Shown here in pieces: positions 17,670 through 29,300 of a stretch of DNA of 64,000 nucleotides (positions are counted from its first letter, which is position 1; the number at the start of each line of letters is the position of its first letter). A program made the position numbers and the translations under genes. This DNA comes from Alphaproteobacteria bacterium (GTDB lineage: Bacteria; Pseudomonadota; Alphaproteobacteria; Micavibrionales; UBA2020). Where the stretch lies: positions 5,730-69,729 of the forward strand of contig JAIOQI010000056.1 of assembly GCA_021413445.1 (NCBI GenBank). Reading direction: 5' to 3'. The notes beneath the pieces were generated by a model. The model was not told the origin of the DNA, did no database searches, and was given only the letters and a program-made list of their open reading frames with translations.

Positions 17670-18383
17670 TCAGACACCGGGCCTGACGGCTGGCTTCTTG
17701 TGGGGTTTGGCCGGGGGGATGTATTGCTCGACGGTCTTCTTGAGCAGGGCCCATTCCCTGGGTACCGCCCGGTCGGGATGCCGGGCGATGTTCTTTTTCA
17801 TGGCGGAATAGGTCGCAACGATTTCCGCCTGCTGCTCGATGTTGTAATCGACGAGGGTTTTCTTGCTGTCCAGCGTATAGGAATATATGTTCTCATGCTG
17901 CGAAGAGAAAAGGTTCTTCGCCCAGAGCGTGACGGCCCCGGTGACGCCGGTGCCCTTGATGTTGTGCTGGTTCTGCCAGACATGCGTCATCTCGTGAATG
18001 AACAAGTCGCTCTCCGCCTTGGGCGTGGGCGCATAGCCGATGGTGATGACCGGCGGCTTCGGTTCGCTCGGTTTGCTGTCCGGGTTTTTTTTGTCGTCTT
18101 TGGTCTTTTTGGGTTCCGGGGGCGGCGGATAATGTATGGTATTGCCGATCACGACCACCGTGCCCGGCGACTGGAAGTAGCTCACCTTGCCGAAGGCGAT
18201 GCGCACTTTGGAATAATCGATGGTGTTGCCGAAGACGGCTTTGGCCTTTTTTTCCTGGTCTGCCGACAAAGGCTTGCTTTCCTGCGACAGCAGCCTGACC
18301 CCCATATCAATGCCGGCGAAGGCGGCAAAGGAAAGGACCAGTCCCAGAGTCACTCTTCTTATGATTTTGAATACGCGCTTCAT
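17670..18383 (-). CDS. secreted HExxH protein, copy 2, with Lys/Pro-rich insertion
   Basis: Paralogue of the previous gene (VFGNTIDYSKVRIAFGKV, HEMTHVWQNQ). Has an extra PPPPEPKKTKDDKKNPDSKPSEPKPP insert. Start likely MKRVFK. Confidence 0.6.
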   Translation of the reverse strand: MKRVFKIIRRVTLGLVLSFAAFAGIDMGVRLLSQESKPLSADQEKKAKAVFGNTIDYSKVRIAFGKVSYFQSPGTVVVIGNTIHYPPPPEPKKTKDDKKNPDSKPSEPKPPVITIGYAPTPKAESDLFIHEMTHVWQNQHNIKGTGVTGAVTLWAKNLFSSQHENIYSYTLDSKKTLVDYNIEQQAEIVATYSAMKKNIARHPDRAVPREWALLKKTVEQYIPPAKPHKKPAVRPGV

Positions 18384-18540
18384 CCGGACTCCGTTGTTGA
18401 GCATCGACGAATTGTAGGGTAATCCATCAATTATGTAAAGGTTAAAATGGTTAATTTGATGATGTCACCAATCAATAACCTAGACAATGCGTTATTTTTC
18501 CTTATTTTGGGGGCGGTTGAATGAATCGATATTGATAATT

Positions 18541-19869
<1,329 letters not shown>

Positions 19870-19934
19870 TTATCCCGTACATCATCCCGGCTTCATGTGG
19901 GGGTTCAGATGCCTGCTCAAATTGGGCATGACGT

Positions 19935-20291
19935 TCAAGGCTTTTTTCCGAAAGGATTTTTTGGCCTCTGCACAGCAGGACCTGATTTCTGCGCCGGGAA
20001 TTTTGGAATTATGTCGAGCCCCCTCCCTCTGTAGAGAGCGGAACCGAAAGCATTGACGTCATTGTAGCCGTCATCCCCTATTTTTTCAATTTCTTCTGCC
20101 ACTTTTGAAAGCACAGGATGGATATTTTCGCGTCCTTCCCGCTCAATGAATTTCGCTAGCCTGCAAGCAATATCCCTGAAGCTTGTGAGGCTGTTGGGAT
20201 TGAAGCTGCAAACACCATTTTCCTTGCTGATAAGAGAATCTTCAAGGGCGCGGGCAATTTGCGCAAGGAACAACGAATCGATATTAGACAT
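19935..20291 (-). CDS. hypothetical AT-rich orphan protein
   Basis: 118-aa ORF in an AT-rich gap. No family recognised. Confidence 0.35.
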   Translation of the reverse strand: MSNIDSLFLAQIARALEDSLISKENGVCSFNPNSLTSFRDIACRLAKFIEREGRENIHPVLSKVAEEIEKIGDDGYNDVNAFGSALYRGRGLDIIPKFPAQKSGPAVQRPKNPFGKKP

Positions 20292-20564
20292 GATGATCCT
20301 CCATTATCTTCATCATGTTATAGAAAACAAGTTAATAACTACTGAAGAATTTAAAAAATGCTTTAATATCTAGGGGCTAGTTTCATAAAATATTGCCATC
20401 CCGTCGAAGGGCGGGGTCTGGCCGCGCATGCAAGGCATGCGCCTTTATAAATCGCGGCAAAGCCTCGAGCCGGATGCCGCTCGTCAGCGGCATGGCGATG
20501 CATTTTAACGAGTCCGCCGCAACTCTTCATTGTTCGCACGGACAAAGCGCTTTAACATGAAGGC

Positions 20565-22931
20565 ATGATCTATGCCGACTCCAACATTCCGTTGAGACAA
20601 GCGAAGCCGTCGGCTCTGAGCAAGCTGCTGGATATGTTGCTCCCGTCCCGCCGCCTGACCCGCAGGTTGGTGCAGGAAAACCAGCAGCTGGAGGCTTTCC
20701 TGCACGCCGTGCCGATTGAATATTGCAGCCTGGACCCGTCCGGGGTGCAGGCCATTTCGCCCGGGTTTTGCTCCCTGCTGGGCATCAAAAAAGCCGATGG
20801 GCTGCAGGATATCCAGGCGGCGATCACCGCCGGCGACGCCGCCGCTTTGGAGGGCCTGTTCGACCGGCTGCGGCAATACGGCGAAAATTTCGAGATCAGC
20901 GTCAATACCGCCGCCGGCGGGAGGACGCTGAAGATTTCAGGCAAGCGCGGCGCGGTGAGCGACGGCTCGCAGGTTTTCTCGGTGATCTGGATTTACGACA
21001 TCACCGACTTTGCGCGGGCGGCCATGCGCGGCATGGAAGCGGTTTCCGCCGTCGAAAAACGCGAGAATGAGCTGCGCGGCGCGCTGCATGCGCTGCCCTT
21101 TCCGCTGTGGATGCGCAACCAGAAGCTGGACCTGACCTGGTGCAACAAGTTTTATGCCAAGATCGTCGATGATACCGGCGCCTCGGTGATTGCCGAGCAG
21201 AAAGAGCTGCCCATCACCGGGGTCGGCAAGAATGACCTGAGCCAGCGCCTCCTGGCGCAGCGGGCGGTGACCAAGCAGGCGCCGCAGTCGTCGCGCGGCC
21301 ACGTCATCATCGACGGCCAGCGGCGGCTGATCGAGATGATCGAAATCCCCCTGGCCGCCGAAAAGCGCGGCGTGGGGATCGCGATTGACGTGACCCGGGA
21401 AGAAGAATGGGAATCCGCCTATAAAAGGCTGGCGGCTTCCCACCGCGAGGCCATGGAGCAGCTGCGCACCGCGATTGCGATGTTCGATGTCGAGACCCGG
21501 CTGGAGTTTTATAATTCCGCCTACGAGCAACTGACGGGAATGTCGGGGGCCTGGCTGGACACGCGGCCCAAGCTGGCCGAGATCATCGACAAGATGCGCG
21601 AGCTGCGCAAGCTGCCCGAGCAGGCCGACTACAAGCAGTTCAAGCTGGGCTGGATCGACAAATTCACCACGCTGATCGAGCCCTACGAGGAAATGCAGTA
21701 CCTGCCCGACGGCACCGTCATCCGCATGATCGTCGTGCCGCGCCCGATGGGCGGCAGCCTGCTGACGCTGGAAGACGTCACCAGCCATCTGCAGCTGGAA
21801 ACGTCCTTCAACACCCTGATGGCGGTGCAGCAGGAAACCATGGACAACCTGCTCGAGGGCATCGCGGTCTTCGGCGAGGACGGGCGCCTCCGGCTTTCCA
21901 ACCAGGCTTTCGCGAAGACCTGGAGCCTGACGCCGGAAGACCTGACGCCGGCGACGCATATCTCGAAGCTGGTGGAAAAAATCAAGCCCATGTTCGACGA
22001 AAAATCATGGCCGGAGGCGCGGAAAATCATCCTCAGCAACGGCCTGGAGCGCGAGCCCCGGCGCGGCCGCCTGCAGCGCAGCAACGGCTCCATCCTCGAA
22101 TATTCGATTCAGCCTTTGCCGGACGGCAACATCCTCAATGCCTATTCCGACATCACCGACACGGTCAAGGTCGAGCAGGCGCTGCTGGAAAAGAACGCGG
22201 CGCTGGAAGAGGCGGAGCGCCTGAAAACTGATTTCCTCGCCAATGTGTCCTACCAGCTGCGCACGCCGCTGAACGCGATCATGGGTTTCGCCGAGATGCT
22301 CAACCAGCAGTACTTCGGCAAGCTTAACGAGCGCCAGCTTGAATACACCACCAGCATGATCGAGGCGGGGCACCGGCTGGTCTCCCTCGTCAACGACATT
22401 CTCGACCTTTCGACCATCGAGGCCGGCTACCTCAAGCTTTATCCTTCCGAAATCAACATCAAGGAGCTGATCGAGCGCGTCGTCGCCCTGACCGAGGAGT
22501 GGGCGCAGAAGCAGCGGCTGGAAATCGAGATCCGCTGCCCGGACGCCGCGCTGTCGCTGGTGGCGGACGAGCGGCGCATCAAGCAGGTGCTGCTCAACCT
22601 CATCAGCAACGCCTTCAACTACAGCCCGCACGGCGGCAAGGTGATATTGTCGGCGGAAAAGGCGGGGGACTACGTGTTGCTCGGCGTCCGCGACACCGGC
22701 ATCGGCATCCCGGCGGAGGACATGGCGCGCGTTTTCACCCCCTTCGACAAGATCAGCAGCCGCAAAGTGCAGCGCCGCAGCGGCGCCGGCCTCGGCCTGA
22801 CGCTGGTGAAAAGCATCGTCGAGCTGCACGGCGGCCAGGTGACGATCGAGAGCAAGGAAGGCGCCGGCACCTACGTCGCCTGCCGCCTGCCGCTGCGCAT
22901 GGCCGTGGCGGAGAAGCTTCCGGCGGCTTAG
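20565..22931 (+). CDS. multi-PAS sensor histidine kinase
   Basis: 788 aa. H-box FLANVSYQLRTPLNAIMGF and G-box GAGLGLTLVKSIVELHGG, with several PAS-like segments upstream. Confidence 0.85.
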   Translation: MIYADSNIPLRQAKPSALSKLLDMLLPSRRLTRRLVQENQQLEAFLHAVPIEYCSLDPSGVQAISPGFCSLLGIKKADGLQDIQAAITAGDAAALEGLFDRLRQYGENFEISVNTAAGGRTLKISGKRGAVSDGSQVFSVIWIYDITDFARAAMRGMEAVSAVEKRENELRGALHALPFPLWMRNQKLDLTWCNKFYAKIVDDTGASVIAEQKELPITGVGKNDLSQRLLAQRAVTKQAPQSSRGHVIIDGQRRLIEMIEIPLAAEKRGVGIAIDVTREEEWESAYKRLAASHREAMEQLRTAIAMFDVETRLEFYNSAYEQLTGMSGAWLDTRPKLAEIIDKMRELRKLPEQADYKQFKLGWIDKFTTLIEPYEEMQYLPDGTVIRMIVVPRPMGGSLLTLEDVTSHLQLETSFNTLMAVQQETMDNLLEGIAVFGEDGRLRLSNQAFAKTWSLTPEDLTPATHISKLVEKIKPMFDEKSWPEARKIILSNGLEREPRRGRLQRSNGSILEYSIQPLPDGNILNAYSDITDTVKVEQALLEKNAALEEAERLKTDFLANVSYQLRTPLNAIMGFAEMLNQQYFGKLNERQLEYTTSMIEAGHRLVSLVNDILDLSTIEAGYLKLYPSEINIKELIERVVALTEEWAQKQRLEIEIRCPDAALSLVADERRIKQVLLNLISNAFNYSPHGGKVILSAEKAGDYVLLGVRDTGIGIPAEDMARVFTPFDKISSRKVQRRSGAGLGLTLVKSIVELHGGQVTIESKEGAGTYVACRLPLRMAVAEKLPAA

Positions 22932-22964
22932 GCTTGCAATAGACTTCTTGAACAACTCCCTCCT

Positions 22965-23071
22965 CGTCATCGCGAGCGGGCGGAGCCCGCGTGGCGATCC
23001 AGAAAAAGGTCGTTGTGCAAACAGCCCTGGATTGCTTCCCGCTTCGGCTTCGCCTCGCGGTCGCAATGACG
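22965..23071. repeat. palindromic GTCAT..GCGAGCG...GCAATCCAG element (two inverted units)
   Basis: cgtcatcgcgagcgggcggagcccgcgtggcgatccag (22965-23002), inverted relative to ctggattgcttcccgcttcggcttcgcctcgcggtcgcaatgacg (23027-23071). Confidence 0.7.
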
Positions 23072-23283
23072 GAAAAGCGGGTAATGCAAGAAGCCCAGTA
23101 TGACGGCATGACTGCCTTTTGCACCCCGCAGCCTATCCCCGCGAAAGGCGGGGTGGCGGTTTATAGTTATTTTTTCTATTTATTTTCAATGAGATATGAT
23201 TATTTTGAAGTTTTACCCTGATTGTTTTATGGAGAATCTCCTACAATACGTTCCATAATATTTAACAAAGGGGGATACAGATC

Positions 23284-23734
23284 ATGACTAAAGAGAGCGC
23301 GAAGAAAATCGGCGATGTGATGAAGGATGGCACCATTTATGCTGGTATTTCACCTGACACAGGGAAAGAAATGTACGCAGCGCCTGTCGATGCCCCCCAA
23401 GAGCATGACATTTAATCAAGCAGCGAAATACGCCAAAAGCCTCAAAGTTGGCGGCAAAAAAGGCTTCCATGTTCCTTCGGAAGCGGAACTGAAAGTCCTT
23501 TTTGATAACCGCAAAAAGGGCGCCTTGAAAGGGACGTTTAATTTAACCGGCGCCAATCGCTCCGGTTGGTATTGGTCATCCGCGCCCGGCTCCCAGCACA
23601 CCCCCACGGGCAAGAAGCTGACACGCGCCGACGATGATTTCGGCGCGAGCGTCCAGCGTTTTAGTGACGGGCTTCAGTTCAGTGTCGGTAAGGATGAAAC
23701 TTTCAGTCTGTCCGTCCGCTGCGTCCGGTGCTGA
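23284..23734 (+). pseudogene. DUF1566 (Lcl C-terminal-like) protein, frameshifted at a C6 tract
   Basis: The N-terminus MTKESAKKIGDVMKDGTIYAGISPDTGKEMYAAPVDAP (frame of 23284) stops after the C6 run at 23393-23398. The homologous remainder (KSMTFNQAAKYAK...GWYWSS...VRCVRC) is in the +1 frame. Deleting one C restores a single ORF colinear with 61558-61980. Confidence 0.75.
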
Positions 23735-23747
23735 TCAACTATAATAC

Positions 23748-24665
23748 TTAAATCCGCTGCTCTTCCATCCACGCCAGAACCTTCTCCGGCGCGGGGGCAT
23801 CCACCGTCAGGTCCGCCGCGATCTGGTGGCGGAACCAGGTGACTTGCCGCTTCGCGTAGTGGCGGGTGGATTGTTGGGCGGCGATGGTGGCTTCTTCCAG
23901 GCTGATTTTACCGTCGAGATAGGCGGAGAGCTCCGGATAGCCGAGGGCTTTGCTGAGCGCCGCATTGGCGGGGCAGTGTTCCCTGAATTGCTTGACTTCC
24001 TCCAGCGCGCCCGCTTGCAGCATCTGTCCGAAACGGGCGTTGCAGGCGGCGTAGAGTTTGTCGCGCGGCGGCAGCAGGGTGATAGTCAGGAAGCGCAGGT
24101 CTTCCGGCGGCGGGACGGGCGGCAGCGCCTGCCATTCCGCCAGGCTTTTGCCGGTGGCTTCCAGCACTTCCCAGGCGCGGACCAGCCGCTGGGTGTTGAA
24201 AGGCGGCAGCCTGACCGCCATCACCGGATCGCGTTTCGCCAGTTCCTGATGGAAGGCGGGGTTGCCGAGTTCTTTTTGCAGGGCGGAGATTTTGTCGCGC
24301 AGGCCGTGCGGTATGTCGGGGATGGGGCTGATGCCCTTCAGCAGCGTCTTCAGGTAGAACCCGGTGCCGCCGACGATGATCGGCAGCTTGTTTTCCGCCT
24401 GCGCCTTGTTGATTTCGTCAAGGGCGCGCTCCCGCCATCTTGCCGCCGAACAGGTGTCTTCCGGGGGCAGGGCGGCATAGAGCTTGTGCGGGATTTTGGC
24501 GCAGTCTTCCGCCGGGGGCTGCGCCGTCAGGATCGGCAGGCCCTGATAGATCTGCATCGAGTCGCCGTTGATGACCACGCCGGACAGCGGTGAAGCCAGC
24601 GCCAGGGCGAGTCCCGATTTGCCGCTCGCGGTGGGGCCGCCGATGATCAGGACGGGTTTTTTCAC
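23748..24665 (-). CDS. miaA: tRNA dimethylallyltransferase
   Basis: 305 aa. P-loop GPTASGKS in an IPP-transferase layout. Confidence 0.9.
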   Translation of the reverse strand: MKKPVLIIGGPTASGKSGLALALASPLSGVVINGDSMQIYQGLPILTAQPPAEDCAKIPHKLYAALPPEDTCSAARWRERALDEINKAQAENKLPIIVGGTGFYLKTLLKGISPIPDIPHGLRDKISALQKELGNPAFHQELAKRDPVMAVRLPPFNTQRLVRAWEVLEATGKSLAEWQALPPVPPPEDLRFLTITLLPPRDKLYAACNARFGQMLQAGALEEVKQFREHCPANAALSKALGYPELSAYLDGKISLEEATIAAQQSTRHYAKRQVTWFRHQIAADLTVDAPAPEKVLAWMEEQRI

Positions 24666-24674
24666 CAGCTGCTG

Positions 24675-26168
24675 TTATTTCTTCAGCTTCAGCGCCACGA
24701 AGCGCATGTCGTCCTTGCGGGCGATGAAGAGCAGCACCGAGGCGCGTTTGGCTTTTTCCGCCGCGGCGATTTTAGCGGCGGCATCTTCCGGCGTCGCCAC
24801 TTCCTGCTGGTCGATTTCAACGATCACATCGCCTTCCTCAAGTCCTTTGCTGGCGGCGGCGCCGTCCTTCCTGACCTCGGTAATCAGCACGCCGTCGGTG
24901 GAGGGCGGGATCTTGTAGGTGTCGCGGAGCTGGTCGGTGAGCGGCGCCAGGCTGAGGCCCACGCTTTCCACGGCGGTCGAGGGGATGCCCGCTTTTTTCT
25001 CTTCTTTTTTCCCGGCGATCATCCCGGTCTCTTCGGCTTTTTCAAGCTGGCCGAGATCGACGGTGACGGTGAGCTCCTTGCCTTTGCGCCAGAGGGTGAG
25101 GGCGGATTTTTTTCCGACTTCGGCATCGGCGACAAGTTTGGGCAATTGGCGCATCTGGTCGATGGCGACGCCGTCGAATTTCAGGATCACGTCGCCGGAC
25201 TTGATGCCGGCCTTTTCCGCCGGGCCCTTGGCGGTGACGCCGGAGACCAGCGCGCCCACCGGCTTGTCGAGGCCGAGGCTTTCGGCGATTTCGGGGGTGA
25301 TTTCCTGGATGCGCACGCCCAGCCAGCCGCGTTTGGTCTTGCCGTATTTTATCAGCTGTTCGACGACGCCTTTGGCCAGGGTGGAGGGAACGGCAAAGCC
25401 GATTCCGACCGAGCCGCCCGAGGGCGAGAAAATCGCCGTATTGACGCCGATAACCTCGCCGTTCATGTCGAACATCGGGCCGCCGGAATTGCCGCGATTG
25501 ATCGAGGCGTCGGTCTGGATGAATTCATCGTAAGGCCCGGCGTTAATGTCGCGGTGGCGGGCGGAGACGATGCCGGCGGTGACGGTGCCGCCCAGGCCGA
25601 AGGGGTTGCCGATCGCCAGCACCCATGAGCCGACGCGCGCCTTGTCGCTGTCGCCCCAGGTTGCGGCGGTCAGGGGCTTGGGCGATTTCACCTTGAGGAC
25701 GGCGATGTCGGTTTTTTCGTCCGTGCCGACCAGCGTGGCATCGAGGCTGGCGTTGTCGTTCATGATGACCTTGATTTCATCGGCATCCTTGATGACGTGA
25801 TTGTTGGTGACGATGTAGCCGTTGGCCGCATCAATGACAAAGCCCGAGCCGAGCGAAGCGGCTTTTTCCTCGGTCTGCGGCCGGCCGTTCTGGTACTGGT
25901 CGTAGAAATCCTTGAAAAACTCTTCGAACGGGGAGCCCGGCGGCAATTCCGGCATCGGCGGCAGTTCGCCCTTGGCCGGCGCTTCCAGTTTCATGGTGGT
26001 GGAGACGTTGACGACGGTGGGCACCAGCTTTTCAGCCATGTCCTCAAATCCGGGACGGCTTTCCGCCACGGCTCCGGTTTGCGCACATGCAGGTATCGTG
26101 TGCGACAGAATGCTGACACATACCAGCACCGTCGCAAAACAGGTTAAAGGTGAAATGCGTTTTTTCAT
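24675..26168 (-). CDS. degP: periplasmic serine endoprotease DegP/DegQ family
   Basis: 497 aa. Signal peptide, catalytic TNNHV / GNSGGP motifs and two PDZ-like regions. Confidence 0.9.
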   Translation of the reverse strand: MKKRISPLTCFATVLVCVSILSHTIPACAQTGAVAESRPGFEDMAEKLVPTVVNVSTTMKLEAPAKGELPPMPELPPGSPFEEFFKDFYDQYQNGRPQTEEKAASLGSGFVIDAANGYIVTNNHVIKDADEIKVIMNDNASLDATLVGTDEKTDIAVLKVKSPKPLTAATWGDSDKARVGSWVLAIGNPFGLGGTVTAGIVSARHRDINAGPYDEFIQTDASINRGNSGGPMFDMNGEVIGVNTAIFSPSGGSVGIGFAVPSTLAKGVVEQLIKYGKTKRGWLGVRIQEITPEIAESLGLDKPVGALVSGVTAKGPAEKAGIKSGDVILKFDGVAIDQMRQLPKLVADAEVGKKSALTLWRKGKELTVTVDLGQLEKAEETGMIAGKKEEKKAGIPSTAVESVGLSLAPLTDQLRDTYKIPPSTDGVLITEVRKDGAAASKGLEEGDVIVEIDQQEVATPEDAAAKIAAAEKAKRASVLLFIARKDDMRFVALKLKK

Positions 26169-26241
26169 TGTCAGAACCTTTCGTTGCGAAATAAAACGTG
26201 GACGGACTCTAGACCTGCTTTAAAAGACGGTCAACCTCTGG

Positions 26242-26275
26242 TAAATATCTCAGATTAAGGAAACCTAAATATCTC
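26242..26275 (+). promoter_or_regulatory. direct repeat TAAATATCTC-N14-TAAATATCTC upstream of icmB
   Basis: Two perfect 10-mers at 26242-26251 and 26266-26275, about 95-125 nt upstream of the icmB start. Function is inferred only. Confidence 0.3.
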
Positions 26276-26368
26276 TTATTCTGAAGAAGCCTGTTTTTTA
26301 ACTGGTAAGCTTTTGGTATAAATAAAGAAATCGGTGTCTTGAGCGTCCGAAATGCATCAGGGAATTTC

Positions 26369-29300
26369 ATGGGTATCCTAGACGGGTTTTTTAAGCCTTT
26401 TATCAAAGCGCTCCGGCAGCCGGTCGAGTCGTTCATTCGCCTGGAAACCTCCGATGACAAAACCACCTTCGCGGCTGAAGACGGCTCCCTGGTGACGCTG
26501 GTGCGCGTGGACGGTTCCTATCAGCTGATCGGCGATCAGGAATACAAGAAGATCATCGAGGATTCGGTCATCAAGTTCGGAACGCGGTTTGACAAGCCGG
26601 GGCATGCGATCCAGGTTTACTTCGTGCGCAACTACGACCGTATCGGCGAGGAAGTCCGCCGCCTGCTGCGCCCCAACCAGCAGGCCGCCAAAAACATCGG
26701 CCTTGAGATCGACGATATTTTTGCGGAGCGCGCCACGCATCTCAGCAATTACCTGGCCTGGGAAGAAATTTATTTTGTGCTATGGACGCGCCCGTCGATC
26801 CTCAGCAAGTCGGATTTTGCGCGTGAAGCGGAAGGCGCCCGCAAGCGCCGGTGGATCAAGGCGCTGGATGCGCAATATCCCTTTGCCGCCGTCGAGGGCC
26901 TGCGCACCCGGCAAAAAAGTTTTTCGACGGCGATTATCACCGCCCTGAAGGAAATGGGCCTGCGGGCGGCCGAGGTGGAGGTGCATGAGGCGATGCGCAT
27001 CATCCGCGCCAATCTTTTTCAGGGAAGCATGGACAGCGAATGGAAGCCCTGCCTGCCCGGCGATCCTATACCGGCGCGCTCGCCGGAGCATGCCACGGAT
27101 CTTTCCGAGTTGTTGTGGCCGCCGCTGCGCCAGCAGCTTGCCTCTGTTTCCGCCCGCGTCATCAACGACCATATCGTGGAGATGGGCAAGTACGTCTGGG
27201 GCGGGGTCGATATGGTGCTGGGCCCGCAGGATCCACTGCCGTTTCCGGCGCTGCTGAACCGCCTGTCGGAAAGCAAGACGCCGTTCCGCATCTCTTTCCT
27301 GATCGAAGGCGGCGGCGTCCAGGGGATGGCGATGCAGTCCTTCCTCGCCTCCGTTCTGGCCGTCACCAATGCCGAAAACAAGCAGGTCGGGGATTCGCTG
27401 AAGGGCCTGGCGGTGATGTCGCGCAGCGAGCCGATCGTCAAGCTCAGGATTTCCTTCTGCACCTGGGCGCCCAAGAATAACATCACCCTGCTCGAAGACC
27501 GCCTGTCCACCCTGATGCAGGCCGCGGAAAGCTGGGGTTACTGCCAGGTGTCGCAGCTGACGGGCGACCCGCTCGATTGCGTCATGTCGTCGGCGCTGGG
27601 CATCGCCTGCGCCTCCACGGCGCCGCCCGGCATCGCGCCGCTGTATGAAATGATGAAATTGCTGCCGTGGCAGCGCGCGGCGAGCCCGTTCGAGCGGGGG
27701 TCCATCCTGTTCCGCACGCCGGACGGCCGGGTGTGGCCGTACCAGACCGGCACCAACGTCACGACGACGTGGTTCGATTTGATCTTCGCGCAGCCCGGCG
27801 GCGGTAAATCGGTCCTGATGAATACGCTTAACCTCGGCACCTGCCTGACGGCCGGCATGTCCAGCCTGCCGTTCGTGGCGGTCATCGATATCGGCCCGTC
27901 GTCGGCGGGGCTGATCTCGCTCATCAAGGACGCGCTGCCGCCGAACCGCCGTCATGAGGCGGTCTCCTTCCGCCTGCAGATGAACCAGCAATTCGCCATC
28001 AACCCCTTCGACACCAAGCTCGGCATGCGCGTTCCGCAGGTCACCGAGCGCAGCTTCCTGGTCGAGCTGCTGACGCTGCTGTGCACCCCGCCCGGGCAGT
28101 CCGACCCCTATGACGGCATTTCCCAACTGGCGGGTATGGTCGTGGATGAAATGTTCCGCTGGCGGGACGACAGCATCGCCAACGCCGAACCGCGCCCCTA
28201 TCTGCCGCGCATCGACCAGGCGGTCGATGACGCCCTGCGCAAGCATGAAGTCACCTTGCCGGCGCGGGCTTACTGGTGGGATGTGGTGGATATCCTGTTC
28301 GACAAGGATTTGACCTTCGAGGCCAGCCTGGCGCAGCGCTATGCGATGCCGACGCTGGGCGACGCCGTATCGGCGGCGCGGCGGCCGCAGATCCGCAACC
28401 TGCTTGACGAAACCTCCATCGGCGCCAGCGCCGAGGGCGTCATCCACGCTTTCGAGCGGATGATTACCTCCGCCGTGCGCGAATTCCCGATTTTGTCGTC
28501 GGTGACTAAATTCTCCCTCGCCGAAAACCGCATTTGCTCCCTTGACCTCGCCGACGTCTGCCCGCAGGGCGATGCGACCTCAGACCGCCAGACCGCGATC
28601 ATGTACATGCTGGCGCGTTTCGCGCTGGTGACGCCGTGGTGGATCAACGAGGAGGCCCTGGCGCAGATGCCGGCCAAGTACCGCTCCTATCACGAGGCGC
28701 GCCTGCGCAGTTTCGCCGAAACGCCGAAACGCCTGTGCTATGACGAGTTCCACCGCACCAGCAGTTCCAAATCCGTGCGCGGGCAGATCGTGCGCGACGT
28801 GCGCGAGGGCCGCAAGCGCGGGATCCAGATCGTGCTGTCCTCGCAGATGCTGGGTGACTTTTCCAGCGACATGGTGGATCTGGCGACCGGCGTCTGGGTA
28901 TTGGGTACGGCCATTTCGGATAGCGCCGTGGATGCAACGCAGAAATGCTTTGGTTTGACCGACACCGCGCGCTGTATCATCCGCCACAAGCTGACCGGCC
29001 CCAAAGCCGGCGGCGCGCCCTGCCTGCTGATCCTGGGCACGACCGACGGCAAATATGAACAGCACCTGATTAATACGCTGGGGCCGATCGAGCTGTGGGC
29101 TTTCTCGACGACGGCGGAAGACGTGGCGATCCGCTCACGCCTTTATGCGCTGCTGGGGGCCTCGGCGGCCCGCCGCCTGCTGGCGGTGAATTTTCCCGGC
29201 GGTTCGGCGCGTTCGGAAATCCGCCGGCGCGTCACGATGCTATCGGACAAAGGCGTCGATCCGGAAAAGGCGACAGTGGGCGCCGTGACCGACCAGATCG

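Noticed and set aside
20363-20545. A GC-rich palindrome-containing stretch (ggcgcatgccttgcatgcgcgg) upstream of the PAS kinase as a fourth copy of the GTCAT..GAGC repeat family.
   Set aside because: It lacks the gtcat...gagc/gaatc core, so the resemblance is only that it is palindromic.
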